Source of the DNA: Vicugna vicugna
Lineage: Eukaryota
Direction: 5' to 3'
DNA length: 64,000 nt
Assembly (NCBI GenBank): GCA_013265495.1
Contig: MU058289.1
Location: 62,001-126,000 of the forward strand
Part shown: one piece after another, positions 26,701 through 39,921 of the stretch
Numbering within the stretch: position 1 is the stretch's first letter
How the letters are laid out: each line of letters begins with the position of its first letter
Translations under genes and position numbers: made by a program
Notes under the pieces: model-generated
The model's input: the letters and a program-made list of their open reading frames with translations, nothing else
What the model was told of the DNA's origin: nothing
The model's database searches: none

Positions 26701-28782
26701 GAGAGAAGAAAATATTAACATAAACAAATAAATACACACATATAATAGGGAAATAGAAACTATGCAAAGTCACTACAATCCTCACTTTTGTAACTGGTCA
26801 CAAGGCTGCAACTGATTTCTTCCACAGCCCATTCTGTGTTTCCACCACCCTCAGCCAGGACCTCGGCTCCTCTGGGTTCTTTACCTGAGGAATGATCTGT
26901 TTTGATTGCTCCCAATAATGAACAGATGAAATTCAATAGCATGTTTATTGATCAAACATACTCATAGCCCCAGAGGAGGACACAGAATGCCATGCAGGGC
27001 CCCGTGGGGTGGCACTAAGGAACAGAGTGAGCAAACAGTAGCTGTGGATGGCAGGTTGTGTGGTAACCAGAGGGTGGAGTGAAGCCCAGGTACCCATGGG
27101 AGGATATGACTGGCACTCAAAGAGATTCTTCTGACTCTTACTAAAAGCATGCAAAAATGCAGCAAGAATTGCTCAAATGAAGTTCATCAAAGAACTGAAT
27201 TTTTGAAATAATATATTTTGCTCGAAGATTGGAGCTGTCATGCTGAAATTTATTGATTGTCTTGAGGAGCAATACTAAATAGGTTAGCTGAACTCAGTAA
27301 TGAGACACACATTTTTCTGCTTGAAAAGTAATTTCACTTGGGAAATATTTTCAAAGCTGCTGATTTGACAAACAAAATTGACACGTTTAACTGTTACTCT
27401 GGGCATTCTTAACAGACTGCGTTGAAAGTACAGGGGGAAATTATGTTTCAACATGAGGAATATATTCAAGGACTCTAGAGAAAATTATTATGATAAGCAA
27501 AACTTAAAAGTAATCATCAACATTGTTGTAACATATTGGCAAAATAGTGTTAAGATCATTTGAATGAAATAAAACAGCAAATATTGTTTAAAATCCTGTC
27601 TGTTATATCTCATTTCTGTTTCAAACTTTAATCATTACTTTCCAGAAGAGAATTTTAAACATCAGCGAAAAATGTTTAGATAAAAGGTTATTTTGCTTTA
27701 CAAAATCCATACTCAATAATTATGTTAAACTTGCTGCCACATGAAGAGAATGAATATTATAACAAGTTTAGTTTGTATTGAAGAATGATTCATTTGTATT
27801 GAAGAATAATTGAAAGGCATGAAGTGTCACCATTTTGAGTAATATTAAAGAATAATATCAAGATACATGAAAAGTGTGTTGCTATTATTATATTTATGGC
27901 CAATTATTTGTGTGGCCCAGTATTTTCATCTTTGCACAAATTAAAAATAAAGGACCTGTTGATGGATGGATGGATAAACAAAATATGGTATAATGGACTA
28001 TTATTCAGCCTTAGGGAAGAAAGAAATTCTGACGCATACTTTAACATGGATGAACTTGTAAGACATTATGCTTAGTGAAATAAGTCAATACAAAAGGATG
28101 AATATTGTATGATTCCACTGTACATAAAGAACCTAGAGAAATCAAATTCATATGAACAGAAAGCAGAACAGTCCAGTGACGTCAGGGAAGATGGCAGAGT
28201 CAGAAAGAAGTGCCAGGAGTCCACTGCATAGACAACTGTACTTGCAAAATCTTTCTGCTGTAACTATTCTGGAATTCTGGAGTCTATTTGAAGGCTCATA
28301 GCTTTCAGAGGAAGGCTTGGCTGGCAAACTGGGAAATTTTGGTCTATTTCAGCTTAGTTGCTATGGTAGCAGCTACCCATCCCCTGTCTCCCAGCCCCAT
28401 GGCAGGCAGCCAAACCTGCATTTTTAGAGTGGCTTGAGGGAGCCAGTGTGGGCAATAAGGACCTTGTCCTCCAAATATCAGGGCTCTGCATTCCTATTGC
28501 CAATTAGTGCTTCAGATCATGGAAATGCAGACGCAGAAGCAGAGCACCATTGTTGCAAACCCATCAGCTGAAGAAGCTTCCAAGAGTTTTAAAGTGACAG
28601 TGCCTGTTTTGTTTTGTTTTTGTTTTTTCCCTTCATTTTGTCCCTTTTTCCCCTTCCAAAAGCTATACATTTAAAGAGCAGGGTATTCAAAATCAAACCA
28701 ATATACGAGGGGATTTAGAAAGTCACTGCACGTGCCCAGGGGAAAACACAAGCTCAGAGAACACCTGAGAAGAACTTAAGCT

Positions 28783-29373
28783 TGTTGCTGAACCTGGAAT
28801 TAGGGCTGCTCCCCACCAAGCCAATCTATTGGCACCAGACTGTGGTGAAGGAAAGTTCTGAGGTTACCTGCAGGGCACCAAGCAAGGAGAATGGCCAACT
28901 TGTACTCGAAAGATCAAACTCCCCAATGGTTTTCAGTGAAGAGTTTTTAAAGGGAGTGTGAGGGAAGGGCTTGCAGGGTATGCGATCAGCTTGTGCTCAA
29001 TTCTTGGATTGGTTGTCATCAAGGTGAAGTTTCGAGCATCATCAATCTTCCGGCTTCAAGCAATCTGGGGTCTTCATGCTTGTGATGGGCAGTTTTCATC
29101 TGGTGGGGGTCTGGTTTCTGTACAAACAACTTAGGAATGTGTGTCAGACCTTTGTGTCTTTCAGGGAGTTCAGTGACTCTGCTATGTGGCTGATTTACAG
29201 TGTAAATTGCTACCAGTTTCCTGGCGCAAAAGCTATCCTTTGTTTCTACATCTTCACATTTCCTAATTATTAACTCTTGAGCCAGGCTTTGACATTCAGG
29301 GGAGGCCTGGGAGGCTAAAGCAAAAGCCTTTTACTTCAAAAGACAGGGACATGGGGGCTTGTGTACCGTTTCA
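28783..29373. mobile_element. Solo ERV1-class LTR inserted in an old L1 5' region
   Basis: TG...CA termini with 4-bp TSD AGCT (28779-28782 and 29374-29377). Confidence 0.75.
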
Positions 29374-29892
29374 AGCTCCATATCACCCCTAAAAAAAACC
29401 CCATTAATTTCTTCATAGAATAAAATATCCAGTCAGTGTTCACATTTATCTATTCGGTCATATATTTTTTATATTTTTTTGTTTGTTCAAAACATACATA
29501 TTTGTTTGTTCAAACCAGGACCAATAAATATTGTTGAATGAATTTGCTGATTTCAGGAACAAATTATCCTTTTGTGACTAGAGAAGGCTGGGTATATTTT
29601 TGTGGTTTTGTTGTTGTTGCTATATTTGGGGGTTTGGCTTTTTTGGTTTGTTTGTTTTTTGTACATTTTATGTATAACATAGAATAGTTTCCCCGGAAGG
29701 GAACTCAGAGGGTCCTCAGGGAAAGAATTCTCTTCTTCCTGTTCACCTTTATGAAATTTAAACCATGTGAATTATTTATGATCTATTCAGTAACTGGGTG
29801 GATGAAAGTTTAAAGTTTTTTAAAAGCAAGTCCTAAAACATCAAACAGAATGTGGGAAGGTCCCTGTGGGAGAGGCTGGGGTTTGAGACCTT

Positions 29893-29908
29893 CCACAAGA
29901 TGGCAGCA
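29893..29908 (+). promoter_or_regulatory. Candidate CTCF site CCACAAGATGGCAGCA
   Basis: Close match to the CTCF core CCASYAGRKGGCRS(Y); motif only, no binding evidence. Confidence 0.45.
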
Positions 29909-30951
29909 GAGTGACACCAAAGCTTGGTCTGGACTCTAGAAGGCTGCCTGGCTGGGAGCAGCCTCCCTCCCTACACACAACAGGCAAATCCTGGTGGGTT
30001 CCTGCCCACCGCTAACCCAAGCTGTGTGTAGCTGGGCTAAACCATGCCCAGATTCCTGACCTACAGAAACCATGAGATAATGTTTATTGTTGTTTTAAGC
30101 TGCTATATTTTGGGGTAATTTGTTATTTGGCAGTCATACCTTAGAACTCATACCATTCCATTCCACCAAAAACTATTTGGGTATGTATTTCTAAAATATA
30201 GAGACTAATTTTTTTTTAAGAACACAACCACAATATCAATATCATATATAAAAATTTTAAATTATTTAATATAATCAAATACTCTAAGCAGTCTAGTTAA
30301 TGTTACATGCTGAAGTATTTGGAATAAGAACATTGATATCTGCAATCTACTTTGAAATGGATCAAAAGACAGTATGGACTGATGGACTGATAGAGGCATA
30401 GGTGGCTGGTTATGGGATACAGCAAATGTAGCAAAATGTTTATAGAATCTGGGGGGTGGGTACATGAATGTTTACTAAAAGATTCCTTCACCTTTCCTGT
30501 ATGTTTGAAATTTTTCATAATAAAATGTTGGAAAAGTCAATCATTGTTCGAATTTCCAAATGTCTCAAAAATGTCATAATTTTTTTTTGTTTATTCATAT
30601 CAAAATCCGAATAAGGTCCAAATACTGACGTTGGTTGGTGTGTCAGTTCCATGTGCTTTAAACCACAGTATTTTGGTGCCTTTCTATTACAGCGATAAGT
30701 GTTTATGCTAATAAAGGGCGGAAGAGCTTACACTCCCAGTTGGCTCTTCAGCCTGAGTTTGAGCCCTTTTGTCCTTAAAGTTGAGGAATCCCTTCCTAAA
30801 GGAGACCTGAGGGATGGCAGCAGCAGCTTCTTGACCAGGGCTTCCTGACCAAGGTCAGTGCTGCAGGGTGTGTTCTCAACTCCACCCCTGCAGGGCAGAC
30901 TCAGAACAGCTTTCCCAAGTCAGTGTTTAGAAGTCCTGGGAGTCATTCCCG

Positions 30952-32172
30952 CAGGACTAGCCTAGAAGCATGAGCATGCAGCTAGTGCTGCGGCACAGAG
31001 CCCACCCTCAGGAGTGTGGGGTTTAATGCTCTGCGGTTGCCATCTGAAGATTCTTAATAATGTTATCTTTGCGTTTGTGTTTTTGAAGTGAAGTCCGCTG
31101 GGACAATGGAGCAGGCACCAGGGACTTGGAGTCTGACCTGTATGCATTCTCTCCTCCCCCCACTCTCCCTCTCCCTGAGACAGGCACTTAGCTGCCTATT
31201 CTTCTGCCTGCTGGGGGAGGATCAAGGTCCACCACACACATGGCCTCTGAGATCAGGGCAGGGTGGCAGCTACCCCCTCCTCAGCTGGCACTCTGTGGCA
31301 CATATAGCAGGTGACCCAGCAGGGACGAGTGTGCTGCCCACCTACTGTACTTAGTCCAAACTCATTCTGCTTGCCCAACAACAGGCCAGTAAATCTGGAG
31401 ACAAGGAGTTGGGACAAGGAATAATGACTTTATTCGGAAAACCAGCCAACTGAGAAGATGGGGGACTGATGTCCTAAAGAGCCATCTTCCCCAAGTCAGA
31501 ATTCAGGCTCCTTTTGTACTAAAAAGGGGAGGGGGTGTGCTTGGTCGTTGCAAACTTCTTGGTGTCAGAATCCTTTGGAAAAGTGTCAGAGCCCTGAGAA
31601 TGGGCTATCCTGTAAATTTCGGGCCATAGGCAACATTCTTTTACAAAAGGTGCAGAACCAGTCTGACAACGCATAGGAGACAGAGCACAGGGTTACAAAG
31701 GAACAGCTCTAATACGGAGTCAGATTTGTTCTTCCCTCTCACACTTTGATCCGGGTTCCTGACTCTTCTTGGCAGGAAAGTTGCATTACCCTGTAGGCAG
31801 CAAGCGTGTGTGGAAAGGAGAGATGCCTTGTTCGACTTCTCCACTTCTGGCCAGGGCACAACGAGTTGGTCCAGTGGCTGGTGGGAGGGGAGGAGGCCAA
31901 GGGCCAGCGTTGTTAGCGCACACAAAGTTGCAGGGCAGGTCCCCCAGGTGACTGGGGGAGGGCATACTCACCCCTGGGTATCCCTTGCTCTTGAGAGCAC
32001 GACACTGAATAGCAAATTAAAAACGCCATGACAGGTTAAGGGCAATCATGGAAGAAAGAAATCAGCTTTCTATTTTAGTATTTTTAATGGCGATTTTTTT
32101 CCCATGCCATTTGAATGAGGGTTCCCACATTTTCATTTTGCACACAGCCCCATACATTAGGTAGCAGGCACT
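30952..32172 (+). mobile_element. MER45-like hAT-Tip100 element interrupted by an LTR39-like solo LTR (~31346-31743)
   Basis: ggtttaatgctctgc...ttcttaataat and cacattttcattttgcac ends; the inner segment has TG...CA ends but no clear TSD. Confidence 0.55.
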
Positions 32173-33309
32173 GCTTAGAAGGCTCTCCTTCAGCCTTTCC
32201 AATCTTTCTGGTATCCAGTCCCCAAAGCGATTTCTACTTTCTTCCCTGAACACTTAACCGCTGCAGATTACAGGGGACAGCTGGGTGATTGGGCATATGT
32301 GCAGTCATTTCCTGGGGATGACCAGAAATAGCTAGATGGCTAGAATCCAGGAAAAGCACTGAGGTCCTGCTATATTAAGTGGGTGGGAGGGACCAAGTTA
32401 GAGAACATTTGGATTATACTGTATTTCCTTAAACAAATACTGGTCAAGTCCACCCACGTACCGGGTGCTGGGGATGCAGCGGAGTCCAGAGTCAACAACA
32501 GACAGATAAATAGAGCAGCTGTGCTGTTCTCCAGGGGGAAGAACTGAGCGTGGAGGTGGGGGTAAGACAGGAAGAAGCAAAGGCAGTTGCTATGCAGCGG
32601 AGTCATTTTGCACGCATGTTTAACTTATGCAGAGTCAGCTCTATGGATTCACAATAAACCAAAAGAGATCATGAAAAGTATTTATTTAAACAGAGAAAAT
32701 TATCCTGCCTTTCGTTCCAGAAAGTCAGCAGCACACGCTCCCAAGTAGGTATGAGATGTGGGTATAATCAACTCCTTCCTTGGTTCCCATCTCTTACCTG
32801 GATGAGTGAGGTGAGTGCATTTTTCATACAACATGGTCCCTAAACCCAAAATGAACATCAATATTTAGGCAAAAAACAGTCATCTGTTTCAACATGGGAG
32901 GAAAAAGAACTGTGCTTGATGTTAATGAAAAATGGTATCTCGCCTTCCAATGTGGTGCTATCTCAGGGGACTTTCATGGGAAGTTTTAACTACACACTAT
33001 TTTCACCTCAGGCACCTAACCCAGGTAAAAGGAGACGCCACAGTCCTGAAGGAGCCATCTGTTGCTGGTTCTGGCCACCCCGCCCCTACCCACCACTGTT
33101 TCTGCTGCCTAGTCGTCCTGAAGTCCTCAGTCAGTGCTGACTGGACTTGGCCACTCGTGCCACACAGACCAACGACATGGCCGAGCACAGAAAGAGGGTC
33201 TGAACCAATCAGGCTCACACGTTCTCTCTCTCTCTCAGCATTTTGAACAAAAGCTTTAGAAAAGTTGGTCAGTAAGCTATTATCATCTGAAATGTAAAGA
33301 TCATGCCAA

Positions 33310-33448
33310 GGTGGGAGGGTGTAGCTCAGTGGTAGAGTGCCTGCTTAGCACGCACGACGTCCTGGGTTCAATCCCCAGTGCTTCCATTAAGAAATAAATC
33401 AACAAACAAACATAATTACCTCCCCAGCCCAAATTTGAAAAAACAAAA
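33310..33448 (+). mobile_element. tRNA-Ala-derived SINE (Vic-1 type)
   Basis: 13-bp TSD aaagatcatgcca at 33296 and 33449. Confidence 0.88.
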
Positions 33449-35149
33449 AAAGATCATGCCATAAGGGTTACTAAAGAGATCATTGCAAGCCAACCTCATA
33501 GGGGAGCAGCAATGATAAATAAGCAGAACATGATGGCTTCAGGACAGAAAGAAGCCAACAATGTGGAATGTGACTGAATCACATGGTTAGGTTATTAATA
33601 TTCACCTTTATTCACTTCATCATGAAGGGGCACATGAGGTGTACTGGATCAGAGACAGATTTCTTGTGAAATGCCTTGAGGTAAATATTAAGTCCATAAG
33701 CTCCCCTTCGCCCTAGTCCTTCCTTAGTGTGATGTGATGAGATCAGGTCAACTGGTCTATGCTAGGAGCTGGCAGCCCCATACACAAGAAATAAAGAAAG
33801 ATCATTTTTCTCTGCTTGAAAAGGAGGAGGCAAATGTCCCGCCTCCCTCATGAAAGTCCTCCTTATACCAGCTCTTCCATATATAAACAAAATCTCTCCA
33901 GCAGCCAAATAGCCTCAGGCATCCTAGCTTTTAGGACCTAGAGATGCCTCTCAGGTCTGGGGCGTCACTGTTTTTAACAGGTAGATACTGTTCCAGACTT
34001 CCTGGTACCTTGGGGCTTAATCTAGGGACCTTGTCTGGGCTGTAACCATTGCCCTCTTGTTGAGGTAAATTTTATTACCCTCTTGAGTCACAGCTGATTG
34101 CTAGATAATGGTACAGATCTCAGCAGGGAGACCAGAAAGGAGACTGATTCAATGAACCTGGAGAAGATCAGGTGGTCTGGACCAGGGTCAAGGTGCTGCG
34201 GAGGCCGGGAAGTGCATGGAAGTGAGAGACCCAGGATTCCTCCTCAGAAATGAGGGATGGGAGAGTAGGGAGCAATGCTGAAGTTGGGCGCGTGCTTCCT
34301 ATTCCATGAGTGGTGCAATCAAATGCCTGCAAGGCAGGGAATACACATGAGTGAAATAGATCTGAAATATTAGGGGTTGGTGGGGGCTTTGGTGAAGTGA
34401 AATGTCATGTCCCTATGTCCTTATGTCAATTAGTTTCTGTTGGATAACAAGCCACCCAAAACTTAGGGACTTTAAATAATACATATCTATTATTTCTCAG
34501 GATTCTACAGGTTGGTTGGGCAATTCTGATCTGACTCAGCTGGGGCTTGGTGGTCTAGGATGCCCTCATTACTGTCTAGTGATTGGCTTGATCTCAGCGA
34601 GAGCAGCGGGGAGTGCTGGGCCCGGCGCCACTTGTCACCCAGCGGCTAGCCTGGGCTTGTTGGTCCCAGAGTTCCCAAGAATAGCAGCACAAGAGGGCAA
34701 GTCTCAATGCACAAGCGTTTTTTTTTTTATATCCCATTAGTGTCAGAATGGCTAACGTGTGATTGTTTCTGGCCAAGGCAAGTCATAGGGCCAAGCTCAG
34801 GTTCAAGGGGTAGCAAAATTGGGATGAGCTGCAAAATCATATTGCAAAAGGACATGCAGGTCGTTTCCCAATCTGCCACCCCCATTTAAAAGGGCAGTTG
34901 AATCTGCAGCTACAACTGATTGTTGTCCCACAAGCCCATGTTTATTATTTTTATATAGCTATTTGATAAATTGGCAATTCCTCGTTAGAAAGGTTGGTTT
35001 TAATTAACACTCTTCCCAGCCATATAGGATAGTCCTCATTTCCATGGCTTCAAGCATCCTGAAGGTCAAGTTAATGATGCTGTCTAGTTAATAAAGTCTT
35101 TGGGGAAGGAAACTGGTATCTGCAGTTTATTTCAAAATGTATCAAAAAT

Positions 35150-37670
35150 AATATCTTGGAGAATGACTGTGCGGTACCGTAAACTTAATCAGGTGGTTAC
35201 TCCAACTGCAGCTGCTGTTCCCAAGGTAGTAACTTTGCTGGAGCAAATCAACAGACTGGTACTTGGTATGCAGATACGGACCTGGCTAGTGCCTTTGGAT
35301 CCATACCAGTTTCAAGGATCACCAGAAGAAGTTTACTTTTACCTGGCAGGCCCAGCAGTATACCTTCACTGTGCTGCCTTGGGGCTGCATGAATTCTCCT
35401 GCTCTTTGCCATAATATTGTCCCTCCAAGATCTCAATCATCTCGACATTCCGCAAACCATCAGAATGGTCCATTATAAGAAAGACATTATGCTGATTAGT
35501 CCTGATGAGCAGAAAGTAGCAAGTACTTTAGATGCTTCAGTAAGGCATATACTCTATGAATGAGAGAATGGGGGAAAAAAACACCACTGAAATTCAGGGA
35601 TCCCCCTTCAGTGAAGTCTTGGTGGTTCAGCGCTCTAAAGCATATAAAGATATCCCTTATGAGGTGAAGGACAAGTTGCTGCAACCTGCACTACCTGCCA
35701 CAAAAAAAGCACAGTGCTTGGTAGGGTTTTGCGGGTTTGTTTGTTTGTTTTTTTGGTGCAGGTTAAAAATTGAATAATAGTCAGTTACAATGTGTCAATT
35801 TCTGGCATACAACGTATTGTTTTGTTTGTTTGTTTTCTTTGGAGGCAACATATACCTCAATTAAGTGGGTTACTTTGACCCATCTTCAGAGTCACCCATA
35901 AGGTGGTTGGCGTTGAATGAGGACCAGAACAAGAGAGGGTTATGGAGGCAGTTCAGGCTGCAGTACACGCTGCGCTACCACCAGGTCAGACTCCTTCAAC
36001 ACTAACTCCTGTTGCATTGCCTTCTCTCCCTGAATCCAAGTCTGTTGTCCTCTGGCGTGTCCCTTATGATCAACTAACTGAGGAAGCACAAACTTGAACC
36101 TAGTTTACAGACAGTCTGCGCAGTACGCGGGTACCAGCCAAAAGTGGACAGCTGTGGCATTATAGCCTCTCAGGGATGAACCTGAAGGACAGTGGTCAAA
36201 ACTTGAAGCAATGCATCTGGTTGTCCACTACGTCTGGAGTGAGAGGTGGCCAGGAGTATGGATCTGTACTAGTTTATGGTGTGGGCAGATGGTGAAGGGC
36301 TTGGAAGAGCCAAGTGTGAAAGACTAGTGACAAGGAAATTTAGGGAAGGAAGTATGTGAATGAACTTCTCAGAACATGCACAGATCGTGTCTTGTGTGAA
36401 TGCCCACTGAAAGGAATCCACCGCAGAGATGATTCTTTAGAATCAGGCAGATAAAATGACACTTCCGTGGATGACAGTCAGCCTCTTTCCCAAACCACCC
36501 CAATACTGGCTCAATGGGTCCACAAACAAAACGGCCATGGTGGCAGGGATGAGGTCAACACGGACATCCCATCACCAAGGCTGGCCTGGCTACTGTTAAA
36601 GAAAGAACTGTGCTGACACTTGTTAAAATGGTCAGGCAGACTTTATTCAGGACGATCACAACAGAAGTAGGGAGTACTGCACGGAGTGTTTTTTGCAGGA
36701 GGGGAGAGGGATTGGGCTCAACTCTTGAACACAACAAGGGAAAGTGGGAGTTAGAGACAAGGAACAGGGACGGAAAATTAACAAGAGGGTAAGAGTAATT
36801 TGTTGCTAAACTGATCTCATAGGATTCTGGCTGAAGGCAGGTCAGGGTGATCAGATATTGCATGGGGGTATATGGTTGCGCGGGGCCAGGGTGGGTGAGG
36901 AATTTGGACAGATGTCAAGGATGAGCAGCTATCAAGGGTGGGAGGTTTTGGCTATACTGACTTAGCAGGATTCGTGCTACAACTGGACTCTATAAGGATG
37001 GAGACAGAAGTCCAAGGTCATCCTTAGCCAGGCAGAGGGCTCGGAGGAGTCAGACTCAGGTTTAGTCCAGAAAAGAATCTTTGTCACTACCACTACTGTC
37101 AAGTGCCTGATCTTCCAACAGCAGAGACCAATACTGAGTCCCAGATGTCACCATTCCCTGGAGAATCAGCCTGCTACCTGGTGGCAAGATGATTACATTG
37201 GACTTCCTCCATTATGAGAGGGGAAGAGATGGGTCCTTGCTGGGATCGACAGATATTCAGGATATGGACTTTCCCTGCCAGTAATGCTTTTGCTACTGTC
37301 ACCACATGTGGACTCAAAGAATGCTGGTCCATGATCATGGCATTCTTCACAGCATCAGGTCAGATCAAGCCTCATTTCAAAGTGAAGGAAGTTCAGCAAT
37401 AGGCCCAGGACCACAGAACAAACTGGTCTTACCATGTATCCCATCATCCAGATGCAAATGAAAGGTACAACGGCTTATTAATGACTCAGTTCCAGCGTCT
37501 ACAGTGCCAACTGGGAAGCACCACCCTGAGAGGGTGGGATTCCGTCTTACAGGATGCACTGCATGCTTTGAATCAGAGATCATAGTATGATGCTGTTCTT
37601 CCCAGAGCTGGAATTTATGAATCAAAGGGAAGAAGTGAGTGGGAACGGCCCCTCTCACTATTATACCCAA
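35150..37670 (+). mobile_element. Decayed ERVL-class pol (RT, RNase H and integrase remnants)
   Basis: Translations SWRMTVRYRKLNQVVTPTAAAVPKVVTLLEQIN, YTFTVLPWGCMNSPALCHN, VKDKLLQPALPATKKAQCLVGF and WWQDDYIGLPP; many stops and frameshifts. Confidence 0.85.
36594..37086. mobile_element. Solo LTR inserted into the ERVL pol
   Basis: TG...CA ends with 4-bp TSD CTAC (36590-36593 and 37087-37090). Confidence 0.75.
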
Positions 37671-37671
37671 T

Positions 37672-38400
37672 AGCTCAGGGAGACAGTGGGCAAGACTGCC
37701 GTGGCGCCCTCTCCTTCACAGGTCCCCACCTTCCCCGGACATCCAGTGCTGTGGAAAGGCCAGTCAGAGGCAGCGGGCAGACACGCATGATTTTCAGTTT
37801 CCGATCCCCAGTGATGCCACAGCATGACCCCTCGAGGGGGCACAGTCTGGATTATGCTGGGGGCTACATGTACAGCACACCCGGGTATTGGGTTGCTGGG
37901 CAGAGTTCCACTGAATTCAGCCAAAGGCTGCTGCTGCTCCACCTCGTCAGAATGTACTCCAAACCCAGGGTCAATCATCCTCACGCTAACCTCCCAAAGC
38001 CTCTGCCGTCAGCCTGCTGGAGCTGGGGCAGGCCTGGAGCCTGGTGGAGAGATGCGAGCGAAAAGGCCACGGTCCATTCCATCTGGGTCGCCAAAATTTG
38101 TTACTGATCCTTTCCAGTCGAGCCCCAACAAGGGTCTTTCTGCCCGATGTCACTGGCGCCAATAGATCAAAGCTGAGTTTGGTTCTGAAGCAAGGGAAAG
38201 TTTTATTCTTTGATCAGAGTGGAGAGGTGTGAGCTCACGCTCTGGAGTACACACTCTTCCCCACGACAGGCTGTTGGCAGGGTTGCTTTATTGGGACCTC
38301 CTCTGCGGAGGGAGAAAGGGAGGGCGGAGCCCTTGCGAGTAGGGCGCCGGCCAGCTGCTCACCGTCTCTGCACACGGCCCTCTATAGGCTGGTGAAACTC
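37672..38400 (-). mobile_element. Younger ERV fragment: partial 5' LTR + PBS (tRNA-Arg) + leader
   Basis: Minus strand reads ...TAACA-aattt-TGGCGACCCAGATGGAAT (38093-38076), with AATAAA inside the LTR; CpG-rich. Confidence 0.65.
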
Positions 38401-39106
38401 AACTAAGCACAAAAGAAGAGATTACACTGTTACCACCTAGATTCCATCTTATTTTCCCCACGGACTCCAGTGGTCTTTGCCGGTGATACTTCCACGCTCA
38501 AGAGTAAAGGTTAATGTAAAACTACAACAACCGAGAAAAAGCAGGATGCCTGAGGATTTGAACGCTTTGAGAACGAAGGAGTGAGTCAGCTCTATCAGGT
38601 AAAGAACCTAGAGCAGTTCAAGTGATGGCTGAGGGTGAGGGAACAAAGGAAAGGGTGTTTAAAGAAGGAAGCCTCAGATAATCAACTCTGACCTCCTGAC
38701 TAATCACAGAAAAGAAGACTGCATATTTCTTCTACACTTGTTACCTGCAGGGGTTTATTTGTATATATTAACCATTCTCTTCTTTCTCTTTCCTCTTTTT
38801 TTTTTTCACTTTTATACATGAGTTACTATACTGGAGGTTAACATTACAATTTAGTCTTTAGGTAATGGAATATTCAGTGAGACTGACTAAATCTGAGGAG
38901 TAATACAATACTCCTATGAGTATAATACAGCCTGTGATGGACACAATGGCTGTTAGGGCTCTGAGTCTTCTCATTCTGGGAAAAAGTAAAACTTCTTCAC
39001 TTGTAAGAAGGCTAGGTAAAAATAGAAAGTATTTTTGTTATTTTAAGGGGGTCCAAATGTGTGTGGATGGGTGCAGATGGGAGCTGAGTAGTCAACGAGG
39101 TGGACT

Positions 39107-39921
39107 GTATCCATCATCTGTTGCCTCTCAGCTCCAGATGCTCCCTTCAGTATGCGCTCTGTGATAAACAAGAGAACTCTTTTAGGTATGTCTCTTTTAA
39201 AGGCAGTACATTGTTACACTTTCTCAGTGGAGGGCACTGGAGTGACCACTGCAGGAGAAAGAGGCTTTCTGCAAGTTCCAGGGCCAGCAGGGGTGCAGTG
39301 TCAGTGGGGTGAGGGTGAGGACTTCCCACAGAACCTGCCCCCACCTCAGCCTGCCAATAATCTTTCCACGGCCACCTACCCAGACTCCCTCGACAAGCCC
39401 CCCAACCTGCACACAGCCACCTTCCTGGGCTCCCCCAGAAGCCCCTGTGCACCCTGCAGGATGTCACCTGCTAAATTCCCTTGGCAAGCCCTTTGTGGCC
39501 TGCACCCAGCCACCTGTGTCCAGAGAGTCCGACAGCAAGCAGTCATTCCTTCTGCAAACACCCTCCATGACGTGCCCTAAAGGCCTCTGCCCCTGCCGGC
39601 ACCCAGATGTCCACTGCATGCCCACCAGTGGCTAACTGCCTGCTCCCTGACTGCTCTCCAGTAATTTGTCCAGCAATTTCAGACCTGGCTAAACTAGCAA
39701 ACTTCTCTGTGATCCAGTGGTCAAACCATACCTTCCCCAACAAGGTCTAAACCCTTTCAGCTCTCTCCTTCCTTGGGTACCCTCCCTCGACTCTAGGGTA
39801 CCATATAGGGTTTCCTTATATCTTATAGTTGCTCTTTTATCATAGTCAATAATTCTTGTTCTTAACTCTCTGTTTAACCTATTGGGTGATTTCTATCCCC
39901 TGACTGGACCCAGATTGCCAC
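39107..39921 (+). mobile_element. ERVL-class 3' LTR (LTR41/52-like) following ERVL internal 3' sequence (38400-39105)
   Basis: Purine-rich gaggtggac then TGT start; CTCF-like cagtggagggcactg motif; ends ...gactggacccagattgccaca. Confidence 0.55.

Noticed and set aside
27772..27811. 21-nt tandem duplication tttgtattgaagaat(g/a)att
   Set aside because: Ordinary slippage duplication in decayed repeat sequence.
35100..35777. RT-like ORFs as a possible domesticated retroviral gene
   Set aside because: Multiple frameshifts and stops, a degenerate YxDD motif and nested insertions indicate a dead ERVL.
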